From IMG/VR virus record IMGVR_UViG_3300020030_000013, positions 1 to 5,950 of that record: a stretch of 5,950 bases of DNA; one strand, 5' to 3'. The DNA comes from a virus. A program made the translations under genes and the position numbers. Of the stretch, positions 5,377 through 5,950 are shown piece by piece. Positions within the stretch are counted from its first letter, which is position 1; the number at the start of each line of letters is the position of its first letter. The notes beneath the pieces are model-generated. The model saw nothing but the letters and a program-made list of their open reading frames with translations. It was not told where the DNA came from and ran no database searches.

Positions 5377-5682
5377 ATGGAGAACACCAAAAGATTTAAA
5401 GTCGACAAGTTGATGATCGACGTTGTAGAGTACGCATTTGTTGAGTGGCTTGTTCGTCGAGGGATATTTACTGCCTTTAGGGCGAACTATGACCACATCC
5501 CTACGGCTCGAAAGACCTTTCGAGACTACTTGCGTGGCCACATTCGATATGTTTATCGTACGCCTAGCCTCGGCCCTGAGTCCCTCATCTCCTCTGCTTT
5601 TCTGTTTGATTCAACTCCCGAGGGTTACGAATTCTGGCTTAGGCACTCCGACGCTTGGAGGCGTTTTTACGGTAAGCTCTAA
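5377..5682 (+). CDS. Hypothetical protein (101 aa from the ATG; the ORF track extends it to a GTG at 5350) with a C-terminal F-x-F-D-S-T-P-E-G-Y-x-F-W motif
   Basis: The open frame runs 5350..5682. The GTG at 5350 is the last base of the predicted -7 promoter box, so ATG 5377 is the likely start. Codon usage differs from the core genes: 34 of 101 codons end in T and 32 in C, Arg is AGR 4 / CGA 4 / CGT 4, and Asp is GAC 5 / GAT 1. I cannot name a family. Confidence 0.6.
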   Translation: MENTKRFKVDKLMIDVVEYAFVEWLVRRGIFTAFRANYDHIPTARKTFRDYLRGHIRYVYRTPSLGPESLISSAFLFDSTPEGYEFWLRHSDAWRRFYGKL

Positions 5683-5705
5683 ATGAAACATTAAATTATA
5701 TTACT

Positions 5706-5950
5706 ATGACACAAGTTCATGTTGTTATTCGCCGCATTAATCCGGCCCTCAATGTCGATTTTGTTCAGGTAGGCTATATTAAAGAGGGACAATTTTCGAC
5801 ACTTCAGCTCAGTACCCTCGATTGCACTCCTATTCCTGATTATGTAGAGCTTTCCAGTATCTCTGCTACGCCTCATATTAATCATAGCCTTATTCCCAGT
5901 CTCATAGAGGCCTTGATTGCGTACCCTGACTTTTCGGTCGATTTTTTCGA
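5706..5950 (+). CDS. 5' part of the junction-spanning hypothetical protein (107 aa; it continues into 44..122 of the circle)
   Basis: ATG at 5706 is the first start after an in-frame TAA at 5673..5675. There is no stop before the window end. The translation is MTQVHVVIRRINPALNVDFVQVGYIKEGQFSTLQLSTLDCTPIPDYVELSSISATPHINHSLIPSLIEALIAYPDFSVDFF... It is absent from the ORF track only because the window is cut inside it. Confidence 0.6.
   Translation, partial: MTQVHVVIRRINPALNVDFVQVGYIKEGQFSTLQLSTLDCTPIPDYVELSSISATPHINHSLIPSLIEALIAYPDFSVDFF
5908..5950. repeat. Terminal redundancy, an exact copy of 1..43
   Basis: Identical 43-nt string; see the feature at 1..43. Confidence 0.97.

Noticed and set aside
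5302-5541. 79-aa minus-strand ORF, and the 64-aa minus-strand ORF at 5691..5885, in the accessory region
   Set aside because: They are antisense to + strand ORFs with better coding signal (5377..5682 and the junction-spanning 5706 ORF). They are Asn/Lys/Ile-rich, as expected from reading a T-rich strand backwards. There is no independent support.
5683-5694. Mini-ORF ATG AAA CAT TAA immediately after the stop of ORF 5377..5682
   Set aside because: It is only three codons long, with no evidence of leader-peptide or attenuation structure around it.

Overview
The window is a complete, circularly closed genome of a small ssDNA phage of the family Microviridae. It is not phiX-like; it resembles the gokushovirus / Bacteroidota-associated microvirus type. 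Bases 1..43 are repeated exactly at 5908..5950, so the unit genome is 5907 nt and the window is one circle plus a 43-nt assembly overlap. All credible genes are on the + strand. That strand is visibly T-rich, with roughly 45-60% of codons ending in T in most genes by my hand counts. Three hallmark genes are recognisable from the translations. The replication initiator (VP4/A-like HUH endonuclease, 429..1499) carries FITITI, HFHGFLF and YVVKYVTK motifs. The major capsid protein is VP1/F-like (1503..3302). The DNA pilot / minor capsid protein is VP2/H-like (3938..5305). Five small ORFs fill the rest. They are a basic 66-aa protein translationally coupled to Rep, an acidic 98-aa scaffold candidate, a small membrane/lipoprotein-like protein, a roughly 101-aa protein with atypical codon usage, and a 107-aa ORF that crosses the artificial window junction and is therefore missing from the ORF track. 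A strong intrinsic terminator lies at 169..202. A 73-nt imperfect stem-loop followed by a T-run lies at 3642..3719. A Bacteroides-type promoter (TTTG-N19-TAnnTTTG) lies at 5320..5350. None of the nine candidate start codons has a Shine-Dalgarno sequence, which together with the promoter type suggests a Bacteroidota host. The points most worth follow-up are: (1) the tiny predicted lipoprotein as a candidate lysis or exclusion factor in a phage group with no known lysis gene, (2) the promoter-driven ORF with foreign-looking codon usage (moron-like), (3) the junction-spanning ORF, and (4) the structured intergenic element. No rRNA, tRNA, CRISPR array, transposase or integrase is visible.
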